A stretch of DNA of 64,000 bases from Acidobacteriota bacterium (lineage in GTDB: Bacteria; Acidobacteriota; UBA890; WLXD01): NCBI GenBank assembly GCA_965248695.1, contig CBDFKD010000002.1, positions 4,064,001-4,128,000 of the forward strand, given 5' to 3'. A program made the position numbers and the translations under genes. The notes beneath the pieces are model-generated. The model ran no database searches, was not told the DNA's origin, and saw nothing but the letters and a program-made list of their open reading frames with translations. How positions within the stretch are numbered: the first letter of the stretch is position 1; the number at the start of each line of letters is the position of its first letter. Positions 9,658 to 19,777 of the stretch are shown in pieces.

Positions 9658-10908
9658 TCAGAAGGTCTCCTGCTTGAGCTTGAACGTATCGGCGAGCTCC
9701 GGGCTGCGATCGTCGCCCACGACACGGTGGGCGGCATACTCGCCCATCATGATGCCGTGCTTGTAGCCGTGGCCCGAGCCACCGCCGACGATCCAGACAT
9801 TGTCGAGCTCCGGGTGGCGGTCGACGATGAAATGGTTGTCGATGCTGTACTCCGTCTGACACACGCGCGACTCGAGCACCGGCTGGTCGGCAAGAGCCGG
9901 GAAGGCGCGCGTCACGAACTGGCGGGTCTGCTCGATCTCCTCGGCGGTGACGATCCGTTCGCCGGTGTCCGGATCGAACGGGACGTGGTCGAAGTAGGGC
10001 GCCACCTTCCAGCCGCGGCCCTCGATGCTCGGGAAGCCGTAGACGCGCGGCATTCCCCAGGTCGGACAGTTGGGGTAGAGAAACCGGTCGTCGTCGGGCG
10101 GCACCCCGTACCAGAAGGTGATCCGCCGCGGGGTGTCCAGCCTGTTCTTCATGACGGAGGGAAACACCTTGGGAAGCCACGGGCCGCACGCGAACACGAA
10201 GGTGTCAGCCGACACCGAATCGTGAGTCGAGAGATCGAGCTCCAGCAGCTTGCCTCCGGCTCGCCTACCGAGCTCTGCCCTGGCGGTGATCATGGTGCCA
10301 CCTCCACGCTCGAAGGCGCCGGCAACGGCGAAGCAGGCCCGACGCGCCATGAGGACGCCGGTGCTGGGGACGTAGAACCCCAACTCGAAGCCCTCGTGAT
10401 TGAACTGAGGAAAGCGTCGCGACAGCTCGTCGTGCGGAACCACCACGTTGTCGATTCCGTGGCTGTCGAACACGCTCTTGGTGGCTCGCAGGTACTCGGA
10501 CCATTGGGGAGCGAGCGTGAGCTGGCCCGTACGGTAAAAGAGTGGCAACCCCCCCCACTCTCTCTGACGCGCTTCCCACCGGTCGAACGCCTGCATGACC
10601 CACCGGGTGTAGATCTCGCGCTCGCCATACTGGGCGCGGATCTGCCGGGTTTCCCCGCCCGAAGCCGCGCGGGCGTTGCCGGCGCCGTACGCGTCGATAA
10701 GCGTGACCCGGTGCCCCATCTCCCGCAGGTAGAGCGCCGTCCAGCCGCCGAACGCTCCCGCACCGATCACCGCCACGTCGGCGGTCGATGCAGCATTCCG
10801 CCCGGGTGCCTCGGAACGGCCGGCGGCCCGCCGCGGTCGAGCGGCGCCCAGCGCCAGCGCACCGGCCCCGGTCAGCCTGAGGAACGTGCGTCGATCATGC
10901 TGTGCCAT
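9658..10908 (-). CDS. Tat-exported FAD-dependent oxidoreductase (monomeric sarcosine oxidase/DAO family)
   Basis: MAQHDRRTFL twin-arginine signal; VIGAGAFGG, ASGGETRQIR and GGGSGHGYKHG. Confidence 0.85.
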   Translation of the reverse strand: MAQHDRRTFLRLTGAGALALGAARPRRAAGRSEAPGRNAASTADVAVIGAGAFGGWTALYLREMGHRVTLIDAYGAGNARAASGGETRQIRAQYGEREIYTRWVMQAFDRWEARQREWGGLPLFYRTGQLTLAPQWSEYLRATKSVFDSHGIDNVVVPHDELSRRFPQFNHEGFELGFYVPSTGVLMARRACFAVAGAFERGGGTMITARAELGRRAGGKLLELDLSTHDSVSADTFVFACGPWLPKVFPSVMKNRLDTPRRITFWYGVPPDDDRFLYPNCPTWGMPRVYGFPSIEGRGWKVAPYFDHVPFDPDTGERIVTAEEIEQTRQFVTRAFPALADQPVLESRVCQTEYSIDNHFIVDRHPELDNVWIVGGGSGHGYKHGIMMGEYAAHRVVGDDRSPELADTFKLKQETF

Positions 10909-11047
10909 CGTCGATGACCTTTTTCTGAGTCCGTTCGAGTTGTCGGGCGTCCCGATTCCCGACGATTTTGCCGGCCGACTCGGTTGCACCAACACCTTAC
11001 CAACATCATTCGCCGCTACGGCGTTGCGAAGGAACCCACGCTCCGGG

Positions 11048-13000
11048 CTACGGGGCCGCCTCACCGAGCGCGAAGGCCACCCACTCGGCGGGGTCATCGT
11101 TGCCGCCGACGGCGACGACGATGTACTGCCGTCCCTCGTACTCGTAGGTGATCGGGGCGCCGGTAACACCTGCCGAAAGCTCCGTCTCCCAGAGCACGCT
11201 GCCGTCGGCCTTGTCATAGGCGCGGAACTTATTGCCGTTGACCTGGATCCCGAGGATGGCGTCGCTGCTCTCCCCCAGGAATAGCAGCGTCTTGGTCAGC
11301 ATCGGCGCGGGACGGCCAAGCATTCCCAGCGGTGGAAGATCGAGGCCCTCCAGCAGCGGATGGTCCAACGGACCGTCACCGTTAGCGGCCATCCAGACCT
11401 CTTCGCCGCGGTTCATGTCGTAGGCCGTGATGCGTCCATACGGTGGCTTGTAGATCGGCAGCCCATCGAGCGTCGGGAAGTTCTCGCCCCCGGCCCACTC
11501 GTAGGTGAGCGTCGCCTCCGGATCGGACGTCTCGGAGAGCGGATAGAGGTTCGGCATGGTGTGCGAGACGGCGTAGTAGAAACCAGTCTCCGGGTCGAAC
11601 GCGCCGGTGTTCCAGTTGCCCGACCCCCACCCCCCGGGGAAGATCAGCGTGCCCATACCTCCGGATTCACCGCCAACGACCGACGGCGGCGTGAACATGG
11701 GCCCCAGCGCGAATGGCTCGATGAGCTCCAGGGCGCGTGCCCGCAGCTCTGGGGTGAAATCGATCAGGTCGTTCTCGCTGAACCCCTGCATATCAAACGG
11801 CGGTGGCTTGGTCGGGAAAGGCTGCGTCGGCGATAACTGCTCGCCGGGCACGTCTGACTGCGGTACGGGACGCTCCTCGATCGGCCACACCGGCTCCCCG
11901 GTCTGGCGATCGAAGACGTAGAGAAACCCGGTCTTGCTGGGCTGCATCACCGCCTTGATTCGCCGCCCGTCCACGGTGATCTCGCCAAGCGTCGCGGGGC
12001 CAACGGTATCGTACTCCCAGACGTCGTGATGCACCATCTGGAAGTGCCAGACGCGTTTACCGGTCTTGGCGTCGAGCGCTACGAGGCTGTTGGAGAACAG
12101 GTTGTCGCCGGGCCGGTGCCCTCCGTAGTAGGCCGCCGTCGGCGCGGTCAGCGGCACATACACGTAGCCGAGCTCCTCATCCGCCGTTGCACAGCACCAG
12201 GATCCCAAGTCCCCCGAGTACTTCCAGGAGTCGTCTTCCCAGGTGTCGTTGCCGAATTGCCCGGGCTTCGGAACCACGTTGAAGGTCCACAGCAGCTCGC
12301 CGGTGCGCACCGAGTAGCCGCGCACATCCTCGGGCACCGCTTCCTTGCGGTTCCCACCGTCGCCGGCGCCGCCGGTGATCCCGGCTATGACGACGACGTC
12401 ACCAACGACGATCGGGCCCGCCGACCAGGCGTAGTTCCCGGCTCGCTGGTGGGCGACGTTGAGGTTGAGTCGGCCGCGATCGCCGAAGTCGGCAAACGGC
12501 TCCCCGGTCCGTGCGCTGAGCGCGTAGAGGTAGTCTTTGCGCACCAGGAACAGCCGTCGATCCGCGCCCTCACCCCATGTATCGATACCGCGCGGGCTCC
12601 TGCCCCTAGCCTCGTTCAAGGTCGGCGCAAATGGCTCCTGTTGCCAAATCGTCTCCCCGGTTCCGGGGTCGAGGGCGCGCAGCAGCCCGACGCCGTTCGG
12701 CGCCAGCAACATGCCGTCGATCATGATCGGCGTCGACCTGAAATAGCCCGGAACTCGCACCTCGGGATAGGCGTCTTCGAACGCCTGGCTTACTGCCGGA
12801 CGCCGCCAGACGACCTTCAGGTCGGTCACGTTGTCGCGGTCTATCTGGGTCAGCGGCGAGTAACGTGTAAACGCCTTGTCGCCGCCGAAATAGGGCCACT
12901 CGCCAGGCGCTCGATCGCCCTGAGCGTGCGAGGCGATCGGCCCACCCCCGACCATCATCAGGAGCAGACCACCGGTTATTAGCCGCTGCAAACTGGACAC
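11048..13000 (-). CDS. PQQ-dependent dehydrogenase (quinoprotein glucose dehydrogenase-like)
   Basis: RYSPLTQID, GGHRPGDNLFSNS, WHFQMVHHDVWEYD, SPTQPFP and GRQYIVV. Confidence 0.92.
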   Translation of the reverse strand: MSSLQRLITGGLLLMMVGGGPIASHAQGDRAPGEWPYFGGDKAFTRYSPLTQIDRDNVTDLKVVWRRPAVSQAFEDAYPEVRVPGYFRSTPIMIDGMLLAPNGVGLLRALDPGTGETIWQQEPFAPTLNEARGRSPRGIDTWGEGADRRLFLVRKDYLYALSARTGEPFADFGDRGRLNLNVAHQRAGNYAWSAGPIVVGDVVVIAGITGGAGDGGNRKEAVPEDVRGYSVRTGELLWTFNVVPKPGQFGNDTWEDDSWKYSGDLGSWCCATADEELGYVYVPLTAPTAAYYGGHRPGDNLFSNSLVALDAKTGKRVWHFQMVHHDVWEYDTVGPATLGEITVDGRRIKAVMQPSKTGFLYVFDRQTGEPVWPIEERPVPQSDVPGEQLSPTQPFPTKPPPFDMQGFSENDLIDFTPELRARALELIEPFALGPMFTPPSVVGGESGGMGTLIFPGGWGSGNWNTGAFDPETGFYYAVSHTMPNLYPLSETSDPEATLTYEWAGGENFPTLDGLPIYKPPYGRITAYDMNRGEEVWMAANGDGPLDHPLLEGLDLPPLGMLGRPAPMLTKTLLFLGESSDAILGIQVNGNKFRAYDKADGSVLWETELSAGVTGAPITYEYEGRQYIVVAVGGNDDPAEWVAFALGEAAP

Positions 13001-13201
13001 GACGCTCTCCTTGACCGCACGAGCAAGAAGCCCTCAGCTCAGTCTTCCGCTATTCCACCGGCTTGGGCACTACCTGGAAGGCATGAAGCCTATCGTCGAA
13101 GGGGACGAGATCCAACGGTGGGAGCGCGCAGACCATGCCAAGGCATCGTCGCACGGCACAGAGTGCTGAGCTCGGAGCCGCGTAAATCGTTCAATGTCAG
13201 T

Positions 13202-13225
13202 AGTACCGAGGGAGGGACTCGAACC
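13202..13225 (-). repeat. tRNA-Leu 3'-end fragment (att-like), copy 1
   Basis: AGTACCGAGGGAGGGACTCGAACC, identical to 42767-42790; covers the acceptor 3' strand and T-loop. Confidence 0.85.
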
Positions 13226-13507
13226 AGATCCAGAGGATTCTGCCAAGTGATTGATGGCGCACGAAGTTGGTGACGAGGGTCACATGGCCCCGGTTGATCA
13301 ATCGGGATCATCCGCACGTAAGTCGATTGTGGGCAGCTGAGGCTTCTTGGCCGGGGCTGAAACGCCAGCTATTTGCGCAGCGAATCTCTTGAGGAGCCCA
13401 ACGATCGGTGGTTGTATCCAGGCGTCCCATTACTGACCAAGCCAAGAGCCTGACTCGACCAGGGTCATCTCGGAAATCCCGGGAGGTAGACAGTGGCTGG
13501 AGGATCG

Positions 13508-15289
13508 ATGAGGGAAACCAGGCCGCGGCTGTTGATCGCTTTGCTGGCGAGCCTATGCCTCTCGGCTTGTCAGCCTTCAACGCAGGACGCGTCGCCAGGC
13601 GATGCTGGCGGTCCTGCCGATTTGGTGCTGCAGGGCGGTAAGTTCTTTACCGTCGACGAAGCCCAGGTTTGGGCTGAAGCCGTCGCGATCAAGGACGGCA
13701 GGTTCGTCTACGTCGGCGACGACGCTGGTGCACAGGGCTTCGTTGGCGCCGATACCGATCTCCATGACCTCGGCGGCAAGCTGACGATTCCCGGGCTGGT
13801 CGACTCGCATACCCATCCCGGGTACATGGGTCGCTATAGCGGGCCCTCAGGATCGCTTCCGAGGACCAGTAAGGCAGACATACTCGCTGCCGTGAAGGCG
13901 TATGCGGAGGAGAATCCGGACTTACCCTGGATCATTATGTGTTGCTGGCCAGTGACCCTTTACGGCGACGGCAGGGATGGACCTCACAAGAGCGATCTGG
14001 ATGCGATCGCGCCCGATCGACCCGTTTGGCTGGGCAGCAACATCGGCCACAGTGTTTGGGTCAACTCGAAGGCACTCGAGCTGATGGGCGTCGACCGCGA
14101 CACGCCCGACCCTAAACCTGGCCTGGCGCTCTATGTACGCGACGCCGACGGTGAGCTTACCGGCTGGATCAAGGAGAGTGCTTTTCGTCCCTTCCGAAAC
14201 AAGTTCTTCGAGGTAGACGAGGAGGTCTACCAGGAAGGCATGGTCACCTTCCTGGACTACCTTGCGAACCAGGGCGTCACCACGCTCTACGACGGGGGCA
14301 ATGGCTACTACAACGACATGGTCTATTCGTTCCTCGCCGAGCTCGACAGGGCAGGGAAGTTACCGGTCCGCTATGAAGGCACCTATCACATTTTCCTTCC
14401 CGGTCAGGAGGACGCAGCGGTCGAAGAGCTACTGCGCCTGCGCGACACCTACGGCGGCGACCGGCTGCGCTTCAACACCATCAAGATTCACTTCGACGGC
14501 ACCAATGAGATTCGTACCGGCGCCGTGCTCGATCCGTTCAGCGATGACCCGGGCAACCGGGGCAATACGCTGTTGGACACCGATGAGCTGCGCGATTTCC
14601 TTCTTCGGTTGCACGAGTCCGAGCTCGACCTGCACTTGCATACCGTCGGTGATCGGGCCGTCCGGATCGCGCTGGACGCAGTGGAGGCTGCCCGGGAGTC
14701 GCTAGGCGGCGATCTCTACACGCGGGTCGCCGTCTGTCACCTGGACATCATCGACACGTCCGACTATCCGCGCTTCAAGCAGCTGGGCGTGATTGCGAGC
14801 TACACGCCCACATGGCACGGCCTTGGGGACCAACTACCGGCGACTGCAGCTGCCCTCGGTCCTCGCTTCGACAGGATGCTGCTGGTCCAACCGCTCCTGG
14901 ACGATGGCGCGGTCGTGACCTTTTCCAGCGACGTCGTGGGGTTGAATCAGCTGGAGAGCGCCAACCCTTATCTAGGGATGCAGGTCGGCCACAACCGCCA
15001 GTACGCCCGGGGGCAGGGTGTGGATGCGCCGATACGGCTGCCAATGACCGAACGCCTGGACCTGGAGGATCTGATCAAGGGATACACCTTGAACGGCGCC
15101 TATCAGCTTCGGATGGAGGACCAGCTCGGCTCGATTGAGGTAGGCAAGCTCGCCGATCTGGTCGTGCTCGATCGGAACCTGTTCGAGGTGGATCGCTACG
15201 AGATCCGCGAAATTCGACCCGAGGCGGTCATCATGGAAGGCGAGATCGTCAGGGGAAGCTTGGACGGTGGCGCGGAGATGAGGCCATAG
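13508..15289 (+). CDS. Lipoprotein amidohydrolase (YtcJ/Amidohydro_3-like)
   Basis: Lipobox LSAC; PGLVDSHTH, IKIHFDG, LHLHTVGDRAV, VCHLD, FSSD and GSIEVGKLADLVVL. Confidence 0.9.
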   Translation: MRETRPRLLIALLASLCLSACQPSTQDASPGDAGGPADLVLQGGKFFTVDEAQVWAEAVAIKDGRFVYVGDDAGAQGFVGADTDLHDLGGKLTIPGLVDSHTHPGYMGRYSGPSGSLPRTSKADILAAVKAYAEENPDLPWIIMCCWPVTLYGDGRDGPHKSDLDAIAPDRPVWLGSNIGHSVWVNSKALELMGVDRDTPDPKPGLALYVRDADGELTGWIKESAFRPFRNKFFEVDEEVYQEGMVTFLDYLANQGVTTLYDGGNGYYNDMVYSFLAELDRAGKLPVRYEGTYHIFLPGQEDAAVEELLRLRDTYGGDRLRFNTIKIHFDGTNEIRTGAVLDPFSDDPGNRGNTLLDTDELRDFLLRLHESELDLHLHTVGDRAVRIALDAVEAARESLGGDLYTRVAVCHLDIIDTSDYPRFKQLGVIASYTPTWHGLGDQLPATAAALGPRFDRMLLVQPLLDDGAVVTFSSDVVGLNQLESANPYLGMQVGHNRQYARGQGVDAPIRLPMTERLDLEDLIKGYTLNGAYQLRMEDQLGSIEVGKLADLVVLDRNLFEVDRYEIREIRPEAVIMEGEIVRGSLDGGAEMRP

Positions 15290-15347
15290 CGACGGGGGCA
15301 GGTACATTCGGTCCACCCATTCCGGTACACCAAGAGGGAGGTCTTTC

Positions 15348-16985
15348 TTGACGAGCAAGCTCTCCTTCCCTTCCGCCGTCCTTCTATTTGTCGCGCCCGG
15401 CGTGTTGCTCCTAGGTTCTCCGGGGTTGTCTCAGGAAGGGCGACCGGTCGACTTCGAGACCCAGGTCCGGCCCGTTCTGGCCGCCTACTGCTATGAGTGC
15501 CACGGCGCGAACGCTGCCACTCGTGAGGCCGACCTGCGCGTCGACAAGAGGCGTTTCGCCTTCGCGGACCTCGGCGGCTACTCCGCGATCGTTCCGGGCG
15601 AGCCCACGGAGAGCGAGTTGTACATGCGTCTGACCGCCGAGTTCGCGGAGGACCGAATGCCCCCCTACAGCGCCGGGCTCGATGTCGATGTCTTCGAGAT
15701 CGACATCATTCGTCAATGGATCGCGCAGGGCGCCAATTGGCCGGAAGACGTCGACGAACGCGAGCCGCTGCCGGCGCGCCCCGGGGGCTACAGGGTGGGG
15801 CTGCCGGCGGTCGCATTGCCCGAACGGCCGGTCGTGATCAACACCCATGAGATAGAGGAAGTCCGTCTCCGTATTCTGACGCAGGAGCTGTCCCACCCCT
15901 GGTCAATGGCTTTTCTCCCGCGCGGCGACATCCTGATCACCGAGCGCGCCGGACGGCTGCGCCTCTATCGCGACGGGGTCCTGATGCCGGACGCGATAGA
16001 GGGAGCGCCAACCGATATCCTGGCGCGGGGTTTGGCGGGCCTGATGGAGGTCGCCGCCCATCCCGACTTCGAGGACAACCGCCTCGTCTACCTGACCTAC
16101 ACCCGCAAGCTGGACAGCGGTCACGGTACGGTCGCTCTGGTTCGGGGTCGCTTCGACGGCAACGCTCTTCGCGACGTGGAGGACGTGTTCGTGGCGGAGC
16201 CCTGGATGGGACAGGTCGCGGTCGACGATCCCGAGGTGCTCGTCGGCTCGACGGCTGCAGCGCGCCTCGCCTTCGCTGCCGACGGCAAGCTCTTCATGAC
16301 CATGGGCGGTGCCTTCGGCGTGGCGCGTGACGACGGGGGCTCGAGCTTTTTCGGCCTCGCTTTGCTCGCCCAGGATCCCACGAGCCATCTCGGCAAGCTG
16401 CTGCGACTCCACCCGGACGGCTCGGTCCCCGACGACAACCCGTTCGTGGGGCGCGCCGGTGCGAAGCCCGAGATCTACTCGATGGGGCATCGCAATCAGC
16501 AGGGACTGGCACTCCACCCCGAGACCGGAGTCCCCTATACCACCGAGCACGGGGTGCAGGGCGGCGACGAGCTCAACGCCATCGAGGCCGGAGGCAATTA
16601 CGGCTGGCCCTTGGTCTCCTACAGCCGTCATTACGGGGGACCGCGCATTGCCAAGCAGTTTTGGAACGAAGGCTTCAAGGAGCCCGTGGTTCTGTGGGTG
16701 CCTTCGATTGCTCCCTCGGGCCTGGCCTTCTACACCGGCGACGCGTTCCCGCAGTGGCACGGCAACCTCTTCGCCGGATCGTTGCAGGAGGGCAGCATCC
16801 CGCGCACCGGCCACGTGGAGCGCATCGTCTTCAACCGACGCGGCGAAGAGATTCGCCGCGAGTCGCTCCTGGCTGATCTCCGGCAGAGGATCCGCGACGT
16901 CCGCCAAGGCCCGGATGGACTCATCTACATACTGACCGAGCAGAACCGTGCGGCCTTGCTGCGACTGGAGCCGGTCGAACCTTGA
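15348..16985 (+). CDS. PQQ-dependent sugar dehydrogenase (GSDH/YliI-like) fused to an N-terminal planctomycete-type cytochrome c domain
   Basis: VDF...CYECHG...RMPP...WIAQGA; HPWSMAFLP, GHRNQQG, GGDELN, GNYGWP and RIRDVRQGPDG. Confidence 0.85.
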   Translation: MTSKLSFPSAVLLFVAPGVLLLGSPGLSQEGRPVDFETQVRPVLAAYCYECHGANAATREADLRVDKRRFAFADLGGYSAIVPGEPTESELYMRLTAEFAEDRMPPYSAGLDVDVFEIDIIRQWIAQGANWPEDVDEREPLPARPGGYRVGLPAVALPERPVVINTHEIEEVRLRILTQELSHPWSMAFLPRGDILITERAGRLRLYRDGVLMPDAIEGAPTDILARGLAGLMEVAAHPDFEDNRLVYLTYTRKLDSGHGTVALVRGRFDGNALRDVEDVFVAEPWMGQVAVDDPEVLVGSTAAARLAFAADGKLFMTMGGAFGVARDDGGSSFFGLALLAQDPTSHLGKLLRLHPDGSVPDDNPFVGRAGAKPEIYSMGHRNQQGLALHPETGVPYTTEHGVQGGDELNAIEAGGNYGWPLVSYSRHYGGPRIAKQFWNEGFKEPVVLWVPSIAPSGLAFYTGDAFPQWHGNLFAGSLQEGSIPRTGHVERIVFNRRGEEIRRESLLADLRQRIRDVRQGPDGLIYILTEQNRAALLRLEPVEP

Positions 16986-16993
16986 GGTACGCA

Positions 16994-18043
16994 ATGCTAC
17001 GCAAGTTACTGTTCGTGGGTTTGGTCCTGGCCGGCAGCCTCAACGTGGTCGCGGCCCAAGAAGAACGCGCGGTCTCTCTGACCGAGCTCAGGAGTTGGGC
17101 TGAGGAGCTGTCCAACAAGGGTCGATGGGGTGCCGAGGACCGGCTCGGCACGCTCAATCTGATCACGCCCGCCATCAGACAGTCGGCTGCGGCGCTGGTC
17201 CGGGAGGGCATCGTCGTGTCCCTCGCACATGACCTGGTTCCCGGTGAGAATCAGAACGCCCTCCGGACGGGGATGACGCACGACCATGTCACCGACGTGT
17301 CCGGACCCGTCACCTGGGGGCAGGATACGGTGGGCTTCTTCTTCCATGGATACGCATACTCCCACCTTGACGCGTTGTCGCACGCCGCCTTCGACGAGGC
17401 GTTCTACAACGGCTATGGAGTAGAGACGCTGACGGAATCGGGATCGGTCGTTCTCGGCGTCGACGTGATGCGAGACGGCATCGCCTCGCGTGGCGTACTG
17501 ATTGATCTGCCCCGCCTCGAAGGGGTCGAATACCTAGAGCCGCGAACCCTGGTGACTGTGGCGGATCTGGAGGCATGGGAGCGGAGCACCGGTGAACGCG
17601 TCGGCGAAGGCGACGTGCTCCTCGTGCGCACCGGCAGATGGGCCAGGGAAGCGGCTCAGGGCCGCTGGACGCTGTATTGCCCTGGCGCCACGCTCGGCTC
17701 CGAGACGCCGATAGAAGACGTTCTGCAACGGTGTCGGGAAGCTGATGAGGGTGCGGCCGGACTCCATCCATCTGTTGCGCGCTGGCTGCGGCAGCGCGGG
17801 GTAGCGGCCGTAGGCGGCGACGGAGCCAACGAGCGCTATCCCCCCCTTGTCGCGGGCATCTCGGATCCGTTCCACATGCTCACCATCGCTGCGATGGGAA
17901 TGCCCCTGTTCGACAACCTTGATTTCGAGGCTCTCGCCCGCACGGCCGTCGAGATGAATCGGCAGACGTTCTTCTTCGTCGCCGCTCCTCTGCGAATCCG
18001 AGGTGGGTCAGGCTCGCCGGTGAATCCGGTGGCGATCTTCTGA
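16994..18043 (+). CDS. Secreted cyclase family protein (kynurenine formamidase-like)
   Basis: Signal peptide; GRWG..D.LGTLN, SHLDALSH, SRGVLID, GDVLLVRTG and GGSGSPVNP. Confidence 0.85.
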   Translation: MLRKLLFVGLVLAGSLNVVAAQEERAVSLTELRSWAEELSNKGRWGAEDRLGTLNLITPAIRQSAAALVREGIVVSLAHDLVPGENQNALRTGMTHDHVTDVSGPVTWGQDTVGFFFHGYAYSHLDALSHAAFDEAFYNGYGVETLTESGSVVLGVDVMRDGIASRGVLIDLPRLEGVEYLEPRTLVTVADLEAWERSTGERVGEGDVLLVRTGRWAREAAQGRWTLYCPGATLGSETPIEDVLQRCREADEGAAGLHPSVARWLRQRGVAAVGGDGANERYPPLVAGISDPFHMLTIAAMGMPLFDNLDFEALARTAVEMNRQTFFFVAAPLRIRGGSGSPVNPVAIF

Positions 18044-18232
18044 ATGGCACCACACTCCTGCGCCATGAAGGGAGCCCGAACGCTGGCAGATCGAGCCGCC
18101 GTCGCCGCCTCAAGGCGCGGCTCGGGGTCGCGCCCGGCAAGCATTCGCTGGAACGCGCCGCCCCGCCCGTACTACGCTCACGCCGTTCGCTGACAACTCC
18201 CCACGGAGTCGTCCGCAGAGCGGAGGCGTGTC

Positions 18233-19554
18233 ATGAAGTCTGTCGTCGGAAGGCATCCCGCGTTGGTCCTGTTGACGGCCGTTGTCCTAGTGGCTTCGGG
18301 ACTGTTGGTCACCGTCACTCCCGCCGCCTCGACCCCGTCGCTCGAGGCCGCGCAGGAACACTACTTCCCGCCCCGCGGCGAGTGGGAGAGCCGCGCCCCC
18401 GAAGACGTGGGCATGAGCTCTGCGGCGCTGCAGGAGGCGATCGCATTTGCCGAGGCGAACCAGAACCCCGGCAGCCGCGACCTGGCGGTGTGGCTGACGG
18501 AAGAGACGGGCTTCGGCCGCGAGCCATTCTTCTCCGTGCGCGGTGCCACGACGGTGCGTACCGGGATGAACGGGATCATCGTGAAGGGCGGCTACGTCGT
18601 CGCCGAGTGGGGCGATACCAGCAAGGTCGATATGACGTTCTCCGTCACCAAGACTTTCTTGTCCACCACGACCGGGTTGGCGTACGACCGCGGCATGATC
18701 CGCAGCGTCGACGACTACGCGGTCGACTACATGCCGACCGGCGAGGACTTCAAGACCGAGCACAATCGCAAGATCACCTGGGACCACTTGCTGCGCCAAA
18801 CCAGCGACTGGCGCGGCACGTTGTTCACCATGCCGGCCTGGGCCGACCGGCCGGCACGCCGCAACCCCGAGGGCGGTCCGGCGTCATGGACCGATATCCA
18901 GAACGTGCCGCTCTCCGAGCCCGGTACCGTCTTGACCTGACCCCGCGGTTAGTACCATGTCTTATCTCAGTAACTCGGTGCTGACAAGAGGTTGTTGAGG
19001 CCGGCGAAGCGGAGCGCAGCCGGCTTCAACAACGTCGCTTCGGGTGCGGGCGGCCGCTGCCGCGGGTGCTGCGCGAGTATGTCATGGACCCGATCGGCGC
19101 CTCCAACACCTGGCGCTGGCACGGCTACCGCGACTCCTGGGTCATCATCGACGGCCAGCGTATGCAGAACGTATCCGGCGGCGGCCACTGGGGTGGTGGC
19201 ATGCACATCAACGCCTGGGACATGGCGCGCTTCGGTTACCTGTTTCTGAATGACGGGGAATGGGACGGGCAGCGGATCATCTCGGAGGAATGGATCGACA
19301 TGGCCAGCTCGCCCGGGCCCGCCAACCCGACCTACGGCTTCATGAATTGGGGGCTGAACCGCGACGTCGAGCGCGACGGCGAGATGCGTCGCGGGGTGCC
19401 GGAGGCGCCCGGGTCCGCGGTGACGTTCAGCGGCGCCGGCAGCAACCTGATCTTCATCGACAAGGAGCACGACCTGGTCGTCGTTGTGCGCTGGATCTCC
19501 AGTGGCTCCCGCGATTTCTTCGGCAAGGTGATCTCGGCGATCGAAAAGGGTTGA
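18233..19554 (+). pseudogene. Serine hydrolase (beta-lactamase-like), disrupted by an IS3 end remnant with a deletion
   Basis: N part has FSVTK (SxxK) and ITWDHLL. C part RPLPRVLRE...GGGHWGGG...DMARFG resumes after 124 bp of IS DNA. The YxN segment expected between them is absent. Confidence 0.85.
18933..19056 (-). mobile_element. IS3-family right-end remnant (124 bp)
   Basis: Reverse complement of the last 124 bp of the IS at 28775-30034; begins TGACCTGACCCCGCGGTTAG. Confidence 0.95.
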
Positions 19555-19572
19555 GCGCGGCGACGAGCGTCT

Positions 19573-19603
19573 AGTCCCGAGGGAGGGACTCGAACCCTCA
19601 CGC
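19573..19603 (-). repeat. tRNA-Leu 3'-end fragment (att-like), copy 2
   Basis: AGTCCCGAGGGAGGGACTCGAACCCTCACGC, 30/31 identical to 42767-42797. Confidence 0.85.
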
Positions 19604-19777
19604 GGCCCCCACCGCGTGCGTGACTCGCAGTTGACACAACCATTGGTCCAGACGGGTTACGTTCCCTGAACGATGCTCCGTTACTGGCGGCATGACCTCC
19701 CGGAGAAGCCGAGAATGGACATGGAGGCTCGACAAGTTCGGTTCATGGGCGCTGTTCGCGGCACGTCCAGGCGACAA

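Noticed and set aside
9574-10917. Long antisense or alternate-frame ORFs (also 39101-40783, 61781-63019, 4570-5784, 15903-16994)
   Set aside because: Shadow ORFs opposite well-supported genes, expected in high-GC DNA and lacking recognisable motifs.
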